DNA of 63,646 nt, filler included, from Olpidium bornovanus S191 (taxonomy: Eukaryota > Fungi > Olpidiomycota), in the NCBI GenBank assembly GCA_017911155.1. It is 25 parts of 25 records of this genome, joined end to end, with 100 filler letters (N's around TTAATTAATTAA, not from the genome) between each part and the next. Parts side by side here need not be neighbours in the genome. Positions count along the whole stretch, not along the records: positions 62,524 to 63,646 come from JAEFCI010008073.1; 24 more parts are not named here. One strand, 5' to 3'. A program made the position numbers and the translations under genes. Shown here piece after piece: positions 63,644 to 63,646 of the stretch (within the stretch, counting starts at the first letter, position 1; each line of letters starts with the position of its first letter). The notes beneath the pieces were generated by a model that was given only the letters and a program-made list of their open reading frames with translations, was not told the origin of the DNA and ran no database searches.

Positions 63644-63646
63644 CCA

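Overview
This is not one continuous locus. It is a pseudo-scaffold of 25 short contigs joined by 24 spacers (N-run + TTAATTAATTAA + N-run), so linkage holds only within a contig. The DNA is a GC-rich, intron-rich, homopolymer-rich eukaryotic genome. Gene content points to an early-diverging fungus: fungal Egt1, Gpi7, Hst3/4, Met13 and Pep12, plus TKL kinase, CIB-like EF-hand and lysyl oxidase genes. The assembly style resembles a fragmented Olpidium-type draft; that is inference only. Recognisable genes, many truncated at gaps: WD40 exon, two TraB/TIKI-domain proteins, EGD2, CMK-type kinase, RPA190, Mug65/Spo73-like DysF protein, family-16 methyltransferase, GPI7, EGT1, two kinase C-termini, lysyl oxidase, HST3/4 sirtuin, an LPMO-like secreted protein, CIB-like EF-hand exon, MET13, UBE2O-like E2, PEP12 and an 'allergen'-like protein. 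There are many LTR-retrotransposon remnants (two solo LTRs with 5-bp TSDs, half-tRNA PBS motifs, nested insertions) and several minisatellites. Best leads: (1) a secreted lysyl oxidase with intact Cu and LTQ residues whose copper motif depends on an 8-nt micro-exon; (2) a ~400-nt non-coding segment with ten properly nested helices; (3) an LPMO-like protein lacking the N-terminal His; (4) a copia integrase resembling the plant Bianca lineage. All gene calls come from manual translation and motif recall, with no database search.
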